The translations under genes and the position numbers were made by a program. The notes beneath the pieces were generated by a model. That model was not told the DNA's origin and ran no database searches. It was given only the letters and a program-made list of their open reading frames with translations. DNA of 63,972 nucleotides, counting the filler, from Lama guanicoe (taxonomy: Eukaryota): NCBI GenBank assembly GCA_013239625.1. It is 79 parts of 78 records of this genome, joined end to end, with 100 filler letters (N's around TTAATTAATTAA, not from the genome) between each part and the next. Parts side by side here need not be neighbours in the genome. Positions count along the whole stretch, not along the records: positions 36,219 to 36,980 come from PNXV01002352.1; positions 37,081 to 37,596 come from PNXV01002355.1; positions 37,697 to 38,089 come from PNXV01002357.1; positions 38,190 to 38,672 come from PNXV01002360.1; positions 38,773 to 39,536 come from MU053531.1; positions 39,637 to 40,172 come from MU053532.1; positions 40,273 to 41,908 come from MU053533.1; positions 42,009 to 43,053 come from MU053535.1; 71 more parts are not named here. One strand, 5' to 3'. Shown one piece after another: positions 36,119 to 49,365 of the stretch (its first letter is position 1; every line of letters begins with the position of its first letter).

Positions 36119-37080
36119 NNNNNNNNNNNNNNNNNNNNNNNNNNNNNNNNNNNNNNNNNNNNTTAATTAATTAANNNNNNNNNNNNNNNNNNNNNNNNNN
36201 NNNNNNNNNNNNNNNNNNAGGTTCACATTTTCAAATGTTTGCATTCCCCATAGCACTTACCATAGCACTTACCATGTGCTAGAACACATCTCTCCATTCT
36301 ATCTGCTACTATCCCCTTCAAACCAGCATCATCTCTCATCTTGATTAATACAGAAGCCTCCAACTGCTCTGTGCAATGTACACATTTCTACGTTCATCTT
36401 GCTTGATGATGTGTCATTGCAGACATCTCCTCTGGTATTACTTTAAGAGATGGTCTCAGCTTTGTTTACACATCTCCAGTAAAAGAGAGTTCAGTGCCAT
36501 ACATTTAGCTGCCATTGATTTTTCACTCAAACTTGTTTCAAAAATTTAGTGAAACCTGCCTCCCAGTAATTTTGTGTATTAATTTTAGTTCTTCTCAGTG
36601 GAGTTACACAGATTAAAGTTATTTTTACTATTTTAAAGATTAAAGTTCACTATTTTATATCTATAAAAACTCTGCTACTCTTCAATGTTTTAGTTCTCCT
36701 AGATATTGCTGTATGGCCTAGTTTTCAGACCCATTAGCAATTCTTTCTCCTCTTCTAAGCACATTTCACTTGCCAACATCTCAATTAACAAATGACAATT
36801 AAAGAGGCAACTTCTGGAATGACAATGTGAGAAGCTCTGGACTTTCTCCCCAGGGAAACAATCATTAAGAGGTGAAAAGTATTAAACAGCACATGCAACT
36901 AAGGCCTCTGTAAATTGTGCTATGGGCGCATGGATATATTTATTCAAGAAAATTCACTAAATCTCAGTAAAAAGATAAAGNNNNNNNNNNNNNNNNNNNN
37001 NNNNNNNNNNNNNNNNNNNNNNNNTTAATTAATTAANNNNNNNNNNNNNNNNNNNNNNNNNNNNNNNNNNNNNNNNNNNN

Positions 37081-37596
37081 GCTATTTTAAAGGGGATTGT
37101 TTCTTTACTGTCTTTTTCTGTTGATTTATTGTTACTCTAAAGAAATGCAACTGATTTTTGAACGTTAATTTTGTAACCTGCTACCTTGCTGAATTCTTCA
37201 ATCAGCTCTAGTAATTTTTGTGTGGACCTTTTAGGGTTTTCTATATATAGTAACATGTCATCAGCATATAATGACACTTTTACCTCTTCTTTTCCAATTT
37301 GAATCCCTTTTATTTCTCTCTTTTGCCTGATTGCTGTGGCTACTGGCTAGGACTTCCAGGACTATGTTGAATAGGAGGGGTGATAGTGGGCATTCTTGTC
37401 TTGTCCCAGATTTTAAGTGGGAAGCTTTTGAGTTTTCCAGTGTTGAGTACTATGCTGGCTGTAGGTTTGTCATATATAGCTTTTATTATGCTGAGATATG
37501 TTCCCTCTATACCCACTTTGAAGAGAGCTTTTATCATAAATGGATGCTGAATTTTATCAAATGCTTTTTCTGCATTGATTGAGATGATCATGTGGT
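37081..37596 (-). mobile_element. L1 ORF2 reverse-transcriptase fragment (relatively young, disabled)
   Basis: [23 protein letters not shown]...YDKPTASI and, in another frame, SLYADDM (37257-37268). Carries a 1-bp frameshift, a 7-bp duplication and a stop. Confidence 0.97.
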
Positions 37597-37696
37597 NNNN
37601 NNNNNNNNNNNNNNNNNNNNNNNNNNNNNNNNNNNNNNNNTTAATTAATTAANNNNNNNNNNNNNNNNNNNNNNNNNNNNNNNNNNNNNNNNNNNN

Positions 37697-38089
37697 TGCT
37701 GACATTTTTCTCCCTGTTTTTCTGTGATTGATTTCTTTTTTCATGATATTATACACAGAAAAGTTGTTTGAATAATTTTTATCTTCTTAAATTTGTTGAG
37801 ACTTCTTCAGTGCCTGAGTTCATAATCTTTCCTTGAAAATGCACCATACGCACTGGAAAAGAATGTATATTCTGTTTTGGGTAGAAGTAATGCTTTGAAT
37901 GTATCAACCAACTCCAATTATATAATCATGTCTATTAGTATCTTTTTTCCCTTATTAATTTTCTGTGTGAAAGACCATTCCAGTGATGGTAATGTGGTGT
38001 TATAGTCTCCTACTTTGATTGTGATTGATTGTGTTCCCATTGATTTCTCTCTTATTATCTATTAGTATTTCCTTTATGTATTTAGGTGC
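37697..38089 (-). mobile_element. L1 ORF2 endonuclease-region remnant
   Basis: Antisense L1 text: cttgaaaatgcaccatacgcactggaaaagaatgtatattctg, gtgttatagtctcctactttgattgtg. Confidence 0.85.
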
Positions 38090-39636
38090 NNNNNNNNNNN
38101 NNNNNNNNNNNNNNNNNNNNNNNNNNNNNNNNNTTAATTAATTAANNNNNNNNNNNNNNNNNNNNNNNNNNNNNNNNNNNNNNNNNNNNCATTTCACTAA
38201 TGAAAGGTTAAGCTATGTAGGATTGTCTTCAAAATGACTCTGTAGTGGGAGGAGATGGAGATGAAAGATGCAACAACAGTGACTCTGAGTTTATAATTCT
38301 GGAGCTGGGTGACTGATACAGGCAGGCTGGCTGTACTGTTCTCTCTATTTCTGTACATGTTTGAATCTTTCCATAAAATGTGAAACAACAAATAGACTTC
38401 AGTGTTTTAAAACCCTCACCCCTCACAGGTTTGCCCAAGTAGGTGGGCACCTGCATGGGGCACTGAGAAAAGAAAGAAGAGACACCTGGCTCCAGACCGA
38501 CCTGGGGCTACCTTGACCCTCCTCTTCTCCTAACCATCCAAAGCCAGCCCATAACTGCATCCCGTCAGCCCCACTCCCCAAACGCATTCCTCATTGGCTC
38601 CCACCATCTCTCATTTTGCCCAGTCCAAGAGCCTCCTACCTGGCCTCCCTGCTTCCTGGGTCCCTGCCATTCNNNNNNNNNNNNNNNNNNNNNNNNNNNN
38701 NNNNNNNNNNNNNNNNTTAATTAATTAANNNNNNNNNNNNNNNNNNNNNNNNNNNNNNNNNNNNNNNNNNNNGAAAGGTGTAAAGACAGATGGGTAGTTG
38801 AACTCAGGCAACTGCCTTTGCGATGTCCAATGTTGTAAGGTACATTGTCTCCACCACTGTGAATGGGAAGTAGAGAGAGTGTCATGAATTTCTGAGTGTC
38901 AAAAGGTTGGAAATTCTGTCTCCATTTTGGCTCCCTCCAAGTTACCTGTGACCATGACTACTGGTGCAGTTGGAGGCTGATGCTGTGTGAACCAATGAGA
39001 CCCTGATTCTACTGAGAACTCTGAAACTCTGGGCTCAGAAACCCTAGTAAGTGGACTATGGTNNNNNNNNNNNNNNNNNNNNNNNNNNNNNNNNNNNNNN
39101 NNNNNNNNNNNNNNNNNNNNNNNNNNNNNNNNNNNNNNNNNNNNNNNNNNNNNNNNNNNNNNNNNNNNNNNNNNNNNNNNNNNNNNNNNNNNNNNNNNNN
39201 NNNNNNNNNNNNNNNNNNNNNNNNNNNNNNNNNNNNNNNNNNNNNNNNNNNNNNNNNNNNNNNNNNNNNNNNNNNNTTTAAAATCTTAAATTCTAATAAG
39301 GACATTATAAGAAGAGCAAAGAAAGTGAACTAATCACCTCCCTTAATATCAGAGTACTACAAAATACTTTGTTTTTCCTGGGTTTTTTCTTCAATATTTT
39401 CCCACATGCATGCACATTTTAGTATAATATATGCCTATAATCTCTTTAAAATCAGTTAAATTATTAAAATGTTTCTCTGTGCTGTAGATATAGCCCTGTT
39501 GGTTCTCTAACTTATTATTAGTAGCTTGCATATTTCNNNNNNNNNNNNNNNNNNNNNNNNNNNNNNNNNNNNNNNNNNNNTTAATTAATTAANNNNNNNN
39601 NNNNNNNNNNNNNNNNNNNNNNNNNNNNNNNNNNNN

Positions 39637-40172
39637 AGACAACTCCACGCAGCTCTCTTCAGTCACAGATGTTCCCAGTTTGGGGAAGTCCGAGAAATAC
39701 CTTCCCTGAACTTGGGAAGCAACCTCTGTCCCTGGGATTTCCTGCAAACCCCCCTAGCCTTCCCGGTCATAGAGACACTTGGAAAACCCTCAGGGGAGAT
39801 GAGCTTAGGCATTCCATTAGAACCCACGCACTGCCGACCATTGGTGGTACCTCCCCACGCTCAGGATTCCGGAANNNNNNNNNNNNNNNNNNNNNNNNNN
39901 NNNNNNNNNNNNNNNNNNNNNNNNNNNNNNNNNNNNNNNNNNNNNNNNNNNNNNNNNNNNNNNNNNNNNNNNNNNNNNNNNNNTGGAGGCAGCACACTGG
40001 GAATTAGTGCAAATCCCCCAAGCTTTCCCTGGCACAGAGACATTAGGAAAATTCTCAGCGGAGACGAGCTAAGGCATTCTGTAAGAACCCACGCGCTGCC
40101 GACCGTTCGTGGAAACTCCACACCTCAGTATTCCGGAACCATTGTCAGCGCGTGGGGGAGCTCGAGAGACAA
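39637..40172 (+). repeat. GC-rich ~268-bp satellite (family A)
   Basis: About two monomers matching 3307-4182. Confidence 0.95.
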
Positions 40173-40272
40173 NNNNNNNNNNNNNNNNNNNNNNNNNNNN
40201 NNNNNNNNNNNNNNNNTTAATTAATTAANNNNNNNNNNNNNNNNNNNNNNNNNNNNNNNNNNNNNNNNNNNN

Positions 40273-40530
40273 TGAAACTATAAAATAAACAAATATTATT
40301 GGAGGACAAGGAGAACTTAATAAATGAGATGAAGAATGAAAGAGAAAGCATTGGAAGTAGACTGTCTTGGTGGAAGGGAGAATAGAAAACTCGTCAATAC
40401 AAATCTAGAAATGATAGGAGAGGGCAGAGATACAAGATATTAAAAAGTGAGGAAATTCAACAGTAGCCATGAAACTTCCTCAGGAAATGCACATTAGAGT
40501 GGAATCCTGGAGGGAGAAGACAGTTAGAAG
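40273..40530 (+). mobile_element. Probable old L1 ORF1 remnant
   Basis: A-rich, with aataaatgagatgaagaatgaaagagaaagcattggaagtagact and aaatctagaaatgata as in degenerate ORF1 coiled-coil regions. Confidence 0.5.
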
Positions 40531-41579
40531 NNNNNNNNNNNNNNNNNNNNNNNNNNNNNNNNNNNNNNNNNNNNNNNNNNNNNNNNNNNNNNNNNNNNNN
40601 NNNNNNNNNNNNNNNNNNNNNNNNNNNNNNNNNNNNNNNNNNNNNNNNNNNNNNNNNNNNNNNNNNNNNNNNNNNNNNNNNNNNNNNNNNNNNNNNNNNN
40701 NNNNNNNNNNNNNNNNNNNNNNNNNNNNNNNNNNNNNNNNNNNNNNNNNNNNNNNNNNNNNNNNNNNNNNNNNNNNNNNNNNNNNNNNNNNNNNNNNNNN
40801 NNNNNNNNNNNNNNNNNNNNNNNNNNNNNNNNNNNNNNNNNNNNNNNNNNNNNNNNNNNNNNNNNNNNNNNNNNNNNNNNNNNNNNNNNNNNNNNNNNNN
40901 NNNNNNNNNNNNNNNNNNNNNNNNNNNNNNNNNNNNNNNNNNNNNNNNNNNNNNNNNNNNNNNNNNNNNNNNNNNNNNNNNNNNNNNNNNNNNNNNNNNN
41001 NNNNNNNNNNNNNNNNNNNNNNNNNNNNNNNNNNNNNNNNNNNNNNNNNNNNNNNNNNNNNNNNNNNNNNNNNNNNNNNNNNNNNNNNNNNNNNNNNNNN
41101 NNNNNNNNNNNNNNNNNNNNNNNNNNNNNNNNNNNNNNNNNNNNNNNNNNNNNNNNNNNNNNNNNNNNNNNNNNNNNNNNNNNNNNNNNNNNNNNNNNNN
41201 NNNNNNNNNNNNNNNNNNNNNNNNNNNNNNNNNNNNNNNNNNNNNNNNNNNNNNNNNNNNNNNNNNNNNNNNNNNNNNNNNNNNNNNNNNNNNNNNNNNN
41301 NNNNNNNNNNNNNNNNNNNNNNNNNNNNNNNNNNNNNNNNNNNNNNNNNNNNNNNNNNNNNNNNNNNNNNNNNNNNNNNNNNNNNNNNNNNNNNNNNNNN
41401 NNNNNNNNNNNNNNNNNNNNNNNNNNNNNNNNNNNNNNNNNNNNNNNNNNNNNNNNNNNNNNNNNNNNNNNNNNTGTATACTACTTTGTGTCTGTCAATG
41501 TCCTACCATAAAATTCTCTTTCCTTTCCACTTTGGTAAACATAAATTTTTTCCCATATTTTTGAGTCTGCTTAAGTCTT

Positions 41580-41626
41580 GTCTATCTAATCTATTTACCT
41601 CTCCATCATGTCTCTATCTATCTATC

Positions 41627-41665
<39 letters not shown>

Positions 41666-41760
41666 ATCTATCTAATTATCTATGTATCTATCTATCTATC
41701 AATGTATCTATCTATCATGTATGTATGTATCTATACTTCTATGTATCTGTCATCTATAAT
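41580..41760 (+). repeat. (TCTA)n/(TGTA)n microsatellite within an antisense L1 3' remnant (41474-41908)
   Basis: tctatctatctatc... flanked by tttagattccacttataaat and ttacttcacttagcacaat. Confidence 0.9.
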
Positions 41761-42008
41761 TAGACAGCTATAAATAGATGTACACAGATAATTGTTATAC
41801 TTTAGATTCCACTTATAAATTATATTATATTCTTTTGTCTATGTCTAAGTTACTTCACTTAGCACAATATTTACTAAGTCCTTTCATGATGCTGAAATAG
41901 CAATGTGTNNNNNNNNNNNNNNNNNNNNNNNNNNNNNNNNNNNNNNNNNNNNTTAATTAATTAANNNNNNNNNNNNNNNNNNNNNNNNNNNNNNNNNNNN
42001 NNNNNNNN

Positions 42009-43053
42009 TTATATTCAGTATTCTGTATTCTATATTTTAAATTCCGTGTTCTGCATTTCGTTTTGTAAATTCTGGGTTCTGAATTCTGTTTTCTTATTTC
42101 TATATTCTGTGTTCAACATTCTATAATTTGTATTCTATATTCTACATGCCGTATTCTATATTCTAAATTCTGTGTTCTACATTATATATTCTAAATTCTA
42201 TATTCAGTATTCTGTATTCTATATTCTAAATTCTGTGTTCTAATTTCCATGTTCCAAATTCAGGGTTCTATATNNNNNNNNNNNNNNNNNNNNNNNNNNN
42301 NNNNNNNNNNNNNNNNNNNNNNNNNNNNNNNNNNNNNNNNNNNNNNNNNNNNNNNNNNNNNNNNNNNNNNNNNNNNNNNNNNNNNNNNNNNNNNNNNNNN
42401 NNNNNNNNNNNNNNNNNNNNNNNNNNNNNNNNNNNNNNNNNNNNNNNNNNNNNNNNNNNNNNNNNNNNNNNNNNNNNNNNNNNNNNNNNNNNNNNNNNNN
42501 NNNNNNNNNNNNNNNNNNNNNNNNNNNNNNNNNNNNNNNNNNNNNNNNNNNNNNNNNNNNNNNNNNNNNNNNNNNNNNNNNNNNNNNNNNNNNNNNNNNN
42601 NNNNNNNNNNNNNNNNNNNNNNNNNNNNNNNNNNNNNNNNNNNNNNNNNNNNNNNNNNNNNNNNNNNNNNNNNNNNNNNNNNNNNNNNNNNNNNNNNNNN
42701 NNNNNNNNNNNNNNNNNNNNNNNNNNNNNNNNNNNNNNNNNNNNNNNNNNNNNNNNNNNNNNNNNNNNNNNNNNNNNNNNNNNNNNNNNNNNNNTCTATA
42801 TTATGTGTTCTACATTGTGTATTCTAAATTTTATATTCTGTATTCTGTATTCTATATTCTAAATTCTGGGTTCTGCATTGCATATTCTAAATTCTGGGGT
42901 CTATGTTCTCTATTCTATATTCTATATTCTGAGTTCTAAATTCTATATTCTAAATTCTATATTCAGTATTTTGTTTTCTATTTTTTAAATTTTGTGTTGT
43001 GCAATCCATGTTCTATATTCTGGGTTCTATATTCTGTTTTCCACATTCTAAAT
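42009..43053 (+). repeat. AT-rich heptamer satellite
   Basis: Same heptamer vocabulary on both sides of an internal gap. Confidence 0.95.
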
Positions 43054-43153
43054 NNNNNNNNNNNNNNNNNNNNNNNNNNNNNNNNNNNNNNNNNNNNTTA
43101 ATTAATTAANNNNNNNNNNNNNNNNNNNNNNNNNNNNNNNNNNNNNNNNNNNN

Positions 43154-44094
43154 TTAATTCTATATTCAGTATTCTTTATTGTATATTCCAAATTCTGTGT
43201 TCAACATTCTATATCCTAAATTTTATATTCAGTATTCTCTATTCTATATTTTAAATTCTGAGTTCTGTTTCCATGTTCCAAAATCTGGCTTCAATAATTT
43301 CTGAGCTATATTTTTTATTCTGTTTTCTACATTCTATATTCTAAACTATATATTCAGTATTATGTATCCTATATTCTATATTCTGTGTTCTACATTCTAT
43401 ATTCTATATTCCATATTCAGTATCCTGTATTCCATATTTTAAATTCTGGATTCTGATTCCATGTACTAAATTCTGGGCTCTACATTCTATATTCTATATT
43501 CTGTGTTCTACATTCTTTATTCTAAATTCTATATTCATTTTTCTGTATTCCATCCTCTAAATTCTGTGTTCTACATTCTTTATTCAAAATCCTTTATTCA
43601 GTATTTTGTATTCTATATTCTAAATTCTGTGTTCTACATTCTATACTCTAAATTCTACATTCAGTATTCTGTATTCTATATTCTAAATTCTGTGTTCTGC
43701 ATTCCATGTTCTAAATTCTGTGTTCTATATTCTTTATTCTATATTCTATATTTTGTGTTCTTCATTCTATATTCTCCAATCTTTATTCTGTATTAGGTAT
43801 TCTATATTCTATATTCTGGGTTATACATTCTTTATCCTAAATTTTATTTTCAGTATTCTGTATTCTATATTGTAAATTCTGTGTTCTGCATTCTATATTC
43901 TAAATAATATAAACAGTTTTCTGTATTCTATATTATAAATTCTGTGTTCTACATTCTATATTCTAAATTCTATATTCAGTATTATGAAATCTATATTCTA
44001 AATTCTGTGACTAAATTCTGTGCATAGCATGGTCTTAAATCTGGATTCTATGTTCTGTATTCTATATTCTATATTCTGTGTTCTACATTCTATA
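43154..44094 (+). repeat. AT-rich heptamer satellite
   Basis: Same heptamer vocabulary. Confidence 0.95.
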
Positions 44095-44194
44095 NNNNNN
44101 NNNNNNNNNNNNNNNNNNNNNNNNNNNNNNNNNNNNNNTTAATTAATTAANNNNNNNNNNNNNNNNNNNNNNNNNNNNNNNNNNNNNNNNNNNN

Positions 44195-44726
44195 TTTTTC
44201 TATATTCTATATTCTGTGTTTCACATTCTATGTTCTAAATTCTTTATTCAGTATTCTCTATTCTGTATTCTAAATTCTATGTTCTGCATTCCATGTTCTA
44301 AATTCAGGGTTCTGTATTCTGTTATCCATATTCTTCTCTGTGTTCTGCATTCTATATTCTATATTCTGTATTCAGTATTCTGTATTCTACATTCTACATT
44401 CTGTGTTCTGCATTCCATGTTCTAAATTCTTTATTCAGTATTCTCTATTCTGTATTCTAAATTCTATGTTCTGCATTCCATGTTCTAAATTCAGGGTTCT
44501 GTATTCTGTTATCCATATTCTTTTCTGTGTTCTACATTCTATATTCTATATTCTGTATTCAGTATTCTGTATTCTACATTCTACATTCTGTGTTCTGCAT
44601 TCCATGTTCTAAATTCTGGGTTCTATATTCTCTAAGAATTCTGTAATATATATTCCAAACTCTGTGTTCCGCATTAAATATTCTAAATTGTATACTCAGT
44701 ATTCCGTATTCTATATTCTATATTCT
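44195..44726 (+). repeat. AT-rich heptamer satellite with a ~187-bp duplication
   Basis: tctttattcagtattctcta at 44241 and 44428; duplicated peptides in the ORF track end at 44425 and 44612. Confidence 0.95.
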
Positions 44727-44835
44727 NNNNNNNNNNNNNNNNNNNNNNNNNNNNNNNNNNNNNNNNNNNNTTAATTAATTAANNNNNNNNNNNNNNNNNN
44801 NNNNNNNNNNNNNNNNNNNNNNNNNNATGGGCATT

Positions 44836-45078
44836 ATATTTATATGTATATTTTTTAATTGAAGTATAGTCAGTTGCAATGTGTCAATTTTTGATGCACA
44901 GCACAATGTTCCAGTCATTCATATACACATATATATGTATGAATTCCTTTTCATATTCTTTTCCATTAAATGTTTTTACAAGATATTAAATATAGTTCCC
45001 TGTGCTATACAGAAGAAATTTAGTTTTTTTTAGCTATTTTTATATATAGTAGTTAATATTTGCAAATCTCAATCTCTG
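44836..45078 (-). mobile_element. Short 5'-truncated L1 3'-end insertion with target-site duplication
   Basis: L1 3' end (ttttaattgaagtatagtcagtt...tatagttccctgtgctataca) flanked by ATGGGCATT at 44827-44835 and 45079-45087. The minus-strand target reads TTT/AAAAA. Confidence 0.8.
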
Positions 45079-45340
45079 ATGGGCATTTTTAAAGCCACTT
45101 CTGGAACACTTGCTGCAGAAGAGTCTGAGAAATGTATTTTCAACCTCATAGATTTTTGGTTAGGAAGTTGGAAAAGTTGGAATAAAGGCTAATCTGGCTC
45201 ACCTAACTCTCTGCCTTTGTGAATAAAGAGGTCTGGAGATNNNNNNNNNNNNNNNNNNNNNNNNNNNNNNNNNNNNNNNNNNNNTTAATTAATTAANNNN
45301 NNNNNNNNNNNNNNNNNNNNNNNNNNNNNNNNNNNNNNNN

Positions 45341-46111
45341 CAGGCTTAAGATTCAGATGGACAAGACATGATAAATCTCCTAGAAGAAACCATAGGCAAA
45401 ACATAAACTGACATAAATCTTAGCAACGTTCTCCTAGGGCAATCTACCCAGGCAATGGAAATAAGAGAAAAAAATAAACAAATTGGACGTAATTAAACTC
45501 ATAATTTTCCTCACAGCAAAGGCAACCGTAAGTAAAACAAAACATCAACCTACGAATGGGAGAAAATATTTGCAAATGATACGAGTAACAAAGGCTTAAT
45601 TTTCAGAATATATAAACAGCTCATACAACTTAATAACAAAAAAAACAACTCAATCCAAAAATAGGCAGAAGACTTAAACAAGCATTTCTCCAATGAAGAC
45701 ACAAATGGCCAATAGACACTTGAAAAAATGCTCAGCATCACTAATAAACCAAGAAATGCAAATCAAAACTACAATGTGGTATCAGCTCACACCATTCAGA
45801 ATGACCCATCACTCAGAATTTCATCCATGATAAATGCTAGAGAGGCCGAAGAGGGTAGGGTACCCTCTTACACTGCTGGTGGGAATCCAGTTTGGTGTAG
45901 TCATTATGGAAAGCATGGAAATCCCTCAAAAAACTAAAAGTAGACTTACCCTATGACCCAGCAATCCCACTTCTGGGTATATAACTGGAAGGAACTCCAA
46001 TGTGAAAAGATATCTGCACCCCAGAATTCATAGCACCACTGTATACAATAGCCAAGATATGTAGGCAAACTAAATGTAGCAACAGATGACTGGATAAAGA
46101 AGTTGTGGTAT
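45341..46111 (+). mobile_element. L1 ORF2 3' region
   Basis: ctcctagaagaaaccataggcaaaaca...tatgacccagcaatcccacttctgggtata...gactggataaagaagttgtggta. Confidence 0.93.
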
Positions 46112-46356
46112 NNNNNNNNNNNNNNNNNNNNNNNNNNNNNNNNNNNNNNNNNNNNTTAATTAATTAANNNNNNNNNNNNNNNNNNNNNNNNNNNNNNNNN
46201 NNNNNNNNNNNCCCTGGGTCCTTGAGCTGGGCAGGCAGGGGCCCCTACACAGACCACACCAAGTGGACCAGACCCCCGAGGCTGCAGCCGCCAGCTGCTC
46301 CCTCCTCCTTGAGAATCCCCAAGGATCAGGCCCTTATCTCCAAGAACTTGAGGGGG

Positions 46357-46650
46357 TCAAGGGCTCCAAAGGTATCTCTTTGTGAACCGCCTCACTGCCA
46401 CTGTGATCTCCTTGTTCCTCAGAGTGTAGACGAAAGGGTTGAACATGGGAGTGACAACCGTGTGGAAGAGGGCAAGGATCTGGTCCCTGTCCTGAGAGGA
46501 GCTTGCGCCTGGCCTCATATAGGCAATTGTCCCCGTCCCAAAAAGAGCACAACAAAATAGGTGGGAGGAACTGGTAGAGAAGATTTTCCGTCGTCCCTGG
46601 GATGTCGTGACACCAAGGATGGTGGCAAGGATACAAGGCATAGGATCTCA
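46357..46650 (-). pseudogene. Olfactory receptor pseudogene fragment (end of TM5 to C-terminus; OR10 family, OR10P-like)
   Basis: ILATILGVTTSQGRRKIFSTSSSHL...FGTGTIAYMRP...TVVTPMFNPFVYTLRNKEI contains degenerate KAFSTCxSH and PMLNPxIYxLRN motifs. There is an apparent frameshift just after the SY motif, TM6 is shortened, and no OR-like sequence is recognisable upstream. Confidence 0.9.
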
Positions 46651-46769
46651 TCGCCCCCGTGTGGTGAATCTCCAAATAGCCACTTTCAACGTCGTCCCCT
46701 CTATTTGTACTCTGGGTGAGGAGATGGTAAAACGAAGGGGCTTGAAGATCTTCTACTTGTCCAAACTCC

Positions 46770-47060
46770 AGTCTACAGAGGAGGAAACTGAGGTCTAGAA
46801 GAGCTCATTCCATTTCCACAAGATCGCTCAGTGACTTTAAGGCAGAGCTGAACCCTGTAATAACACGCGTCACTCACAGTGCATGGCGCTGTGGCATAAA
46901 TCCCTTCACCTGATCCTGACAAATGAGGTTTAATTAACCCCACCCTACTGATGAAACGGGAGAGGTGAAGTGTCTTGTCCAAGGTCACACAGCCCGGCAG
47001 CAGCAGAGCCAGAACTCAGACACAGTCTGTCCCCAGGGCCAGTGTAACTGAACAGTATAA
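46770..47060 (+). mobile_element. MIR SINE remnants (two)
   Basis: acagaggaggaaactgaggtc and gatgaaac...agaggtgaagtgtcttgtccaaggtcacacagc MIR core motifs. Confidence 0.7.
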
Positions 47061-47270
47061 ACCCCCTCCCAGCCTCCAAACCCAACACACACCCTGAGTG
47101 TCCCTGTAACATGTCTTCATTTAAATCACAGAAAAAGATGCCTTGGAAATACCGGCTCTAATTCCTTCATNNNNNNNNNNNNNNNNNNNNNNNNNNNNNN
47201 NNNNNNNNNNNNNNTTAATTAATTAANNNNNNNNNNNNNNNNNNNNNNNNNNNNNNNNNNNNNNNNNNNN

Positions 47271-47728
47271 TTAGAACACAGAATAGAGAATATAGAATAG
47301 AGAATATAGAACCGAGAATGTAGAAGATGGAATGCAGCACACAGAATTTAGCATATAGAATACAGAATACTGAATATAGAATTTAGAATATAGAATGCAA
47401 GACACAGAATATAGAATATAGACTACGGAATGCAGAATATAGAATATAGATTATAGAATTATGAACCCAAAGTATAGAATATAGAATAGAAAATATAGAA
47501 CAAAGAATTAAGAACATGGAATTTAGAAAATATATAATATAGAACCCAGAATTTAGAACATGGAATTCAAAACACAGAATTTAGAATATAGAATACAGGA
47601 TAATGAAAATAGAATTTAGAATATAGAATGTAGAACACAGTATATAGAATATAGAATACGGAATGCAGAATATAGAATGTAGAATATAGAATATAGAAAG
47701 ATGAACACAGAATATAGAATATAGGATA
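47271..47728 (-). repeat. AT-rich heptamer satellite
   Basis: Same heptamer vocabulary, reverse strand. Confidence 0.95.
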
Positions 47729-48854
47729 NNNNNNNNNNNNNNNNNNNNNNNNNNNNNNNNNNNNNNNNNNNNTTAATTAATTAANNNNNNNNNNNNNNNN
47801 NNNNNNNNNNNNNNNNNNNNNNNNNNNNAGGTGATAGAAGGAACAATAAATACACATGCACACACGTGCGCATGCGCACACACACACACACACACAGAGC
47901 TGAGGGAATCTTTAGGATGATGGTAAGGTGGGTCCCAAGATGGCTGACATGCATCAAGCACAAAAGGAAGTGACATAGTGGAATAGGTTCCAAAAATTGT
48001 GGCCAAGGACAATACAAGACTTCAAACCCATGGCTGCCCCTCCCCTAGAACAAAGACAGGCATAGAGAGAGTCACTGGAACCAGCATTTGCACTAATGAT
48101 GTCCAGTGATGATGCTAAAAATCAACAATGAGGTGATAAAGTGTAAGTACACATACTATAACATACAGACACATTATTACATAGTGTGTATACATAGTAA
48201 GTGATACACAAGAAACACGTAGCATTTGTTGTCTCCAGGGAAACAACTTTGGTGCTAGGAGAAAAGAAGTGTGAGGAAGAATTTAATTTGCATTCTGTGA
48301 ATTTTGCCCCCGTTCGAGATTTACTATGCGCTCATGTTACCTGCTCATAAAAGTCGTGACGTAAAACGCATTCTTTTAAAAATGATGAATATTCATATCT
48401 TTGACCCAACAATTCTGCTTCTCAGAAGCTGTCCAACAGTTATACATTTGCATATGCAAAATCAGGTAAAAGGATATTCCCTGCAGCATAGGTTTTAAAA
48501 ACAAAAGACTGGAAATGACCTAAATATCCATCAAAAGGAGTCCGATGAAATAAATCACATATCACTGCACAGCGAAATACGCGCTGTGAACAAGAATGGG
48601 GAAATTCACTAAGAACTGATGAGGAATGATCTCTAAGATACATGGCTGACTAGAAAAGGTGACTCTAGTTAACGATCCTGTACTGTATATTTGAAAGTTC
48701 CTGGGAGAGTGTATCTTAAAGGTTCTCATCACAGGGAAAAAATTGTAGCTATGTNNNNNNNNNNNNNNNNNNNNNNNNNNNNNNNNNNNNNNNNNNNNTT
48801 AATTAATTAANNNNNNNNNNNNNNNNNNNNNNNNNNNNNNNNNNNNNNNNNNNN

Positions 48855-49365
48855 ATTGATGATGGCTAAACATCTTGAAGAAATAGATAAAATTTATAAC
48901 CCTCCATAAAATAATTGTAATACTGTGATTCTAGGTATGGGAATTAGCAACGAAGGGTAAACATTTCCTGGATCATAATAGACTAGTAAGACAGGCGATC
49001 TAGAGAACTTTTAGTATCAACAGGGCCTGATAAAAAACCTAACACCTTGAATAGCAGCTCAGAAAATTCTTCACCTGAAGTAGGATTGAGCCATCCTAGC
49101 ACCGTGGGACAAAATTGGTCATGAAATGTAATATTGGTCGAATTTAGGAAAAAGGGGGAGCACTGTGAATGAAAATACTACAATGTGAATGAAAGTACTA
49201 CAACAATGTCAGTAGACAAAAAATGCTGAAACCAAGACATCAGCGGCTGCTGTCTACCCCCAGTGAGGACATGCCTGCAGCCCAGCCTCTCAGCCACTCA
49301 CAATGGTGCCCTCTGTGTGGACTCAGAATAAGGAAGGACAGGATACTGGCCCTAGATAGCTAGGT
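48855..49365 (+). mobile_element. Probable ERV 3' end: polypurine tract followed by LTR start
   Basis: aggaaaaagggggag (49146-49160), then TG-starting LTR-like sequence from ~49164, with a 20-bp tandem duplication of tgtgaatgaaartactacaa. Confidence 0.5.
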
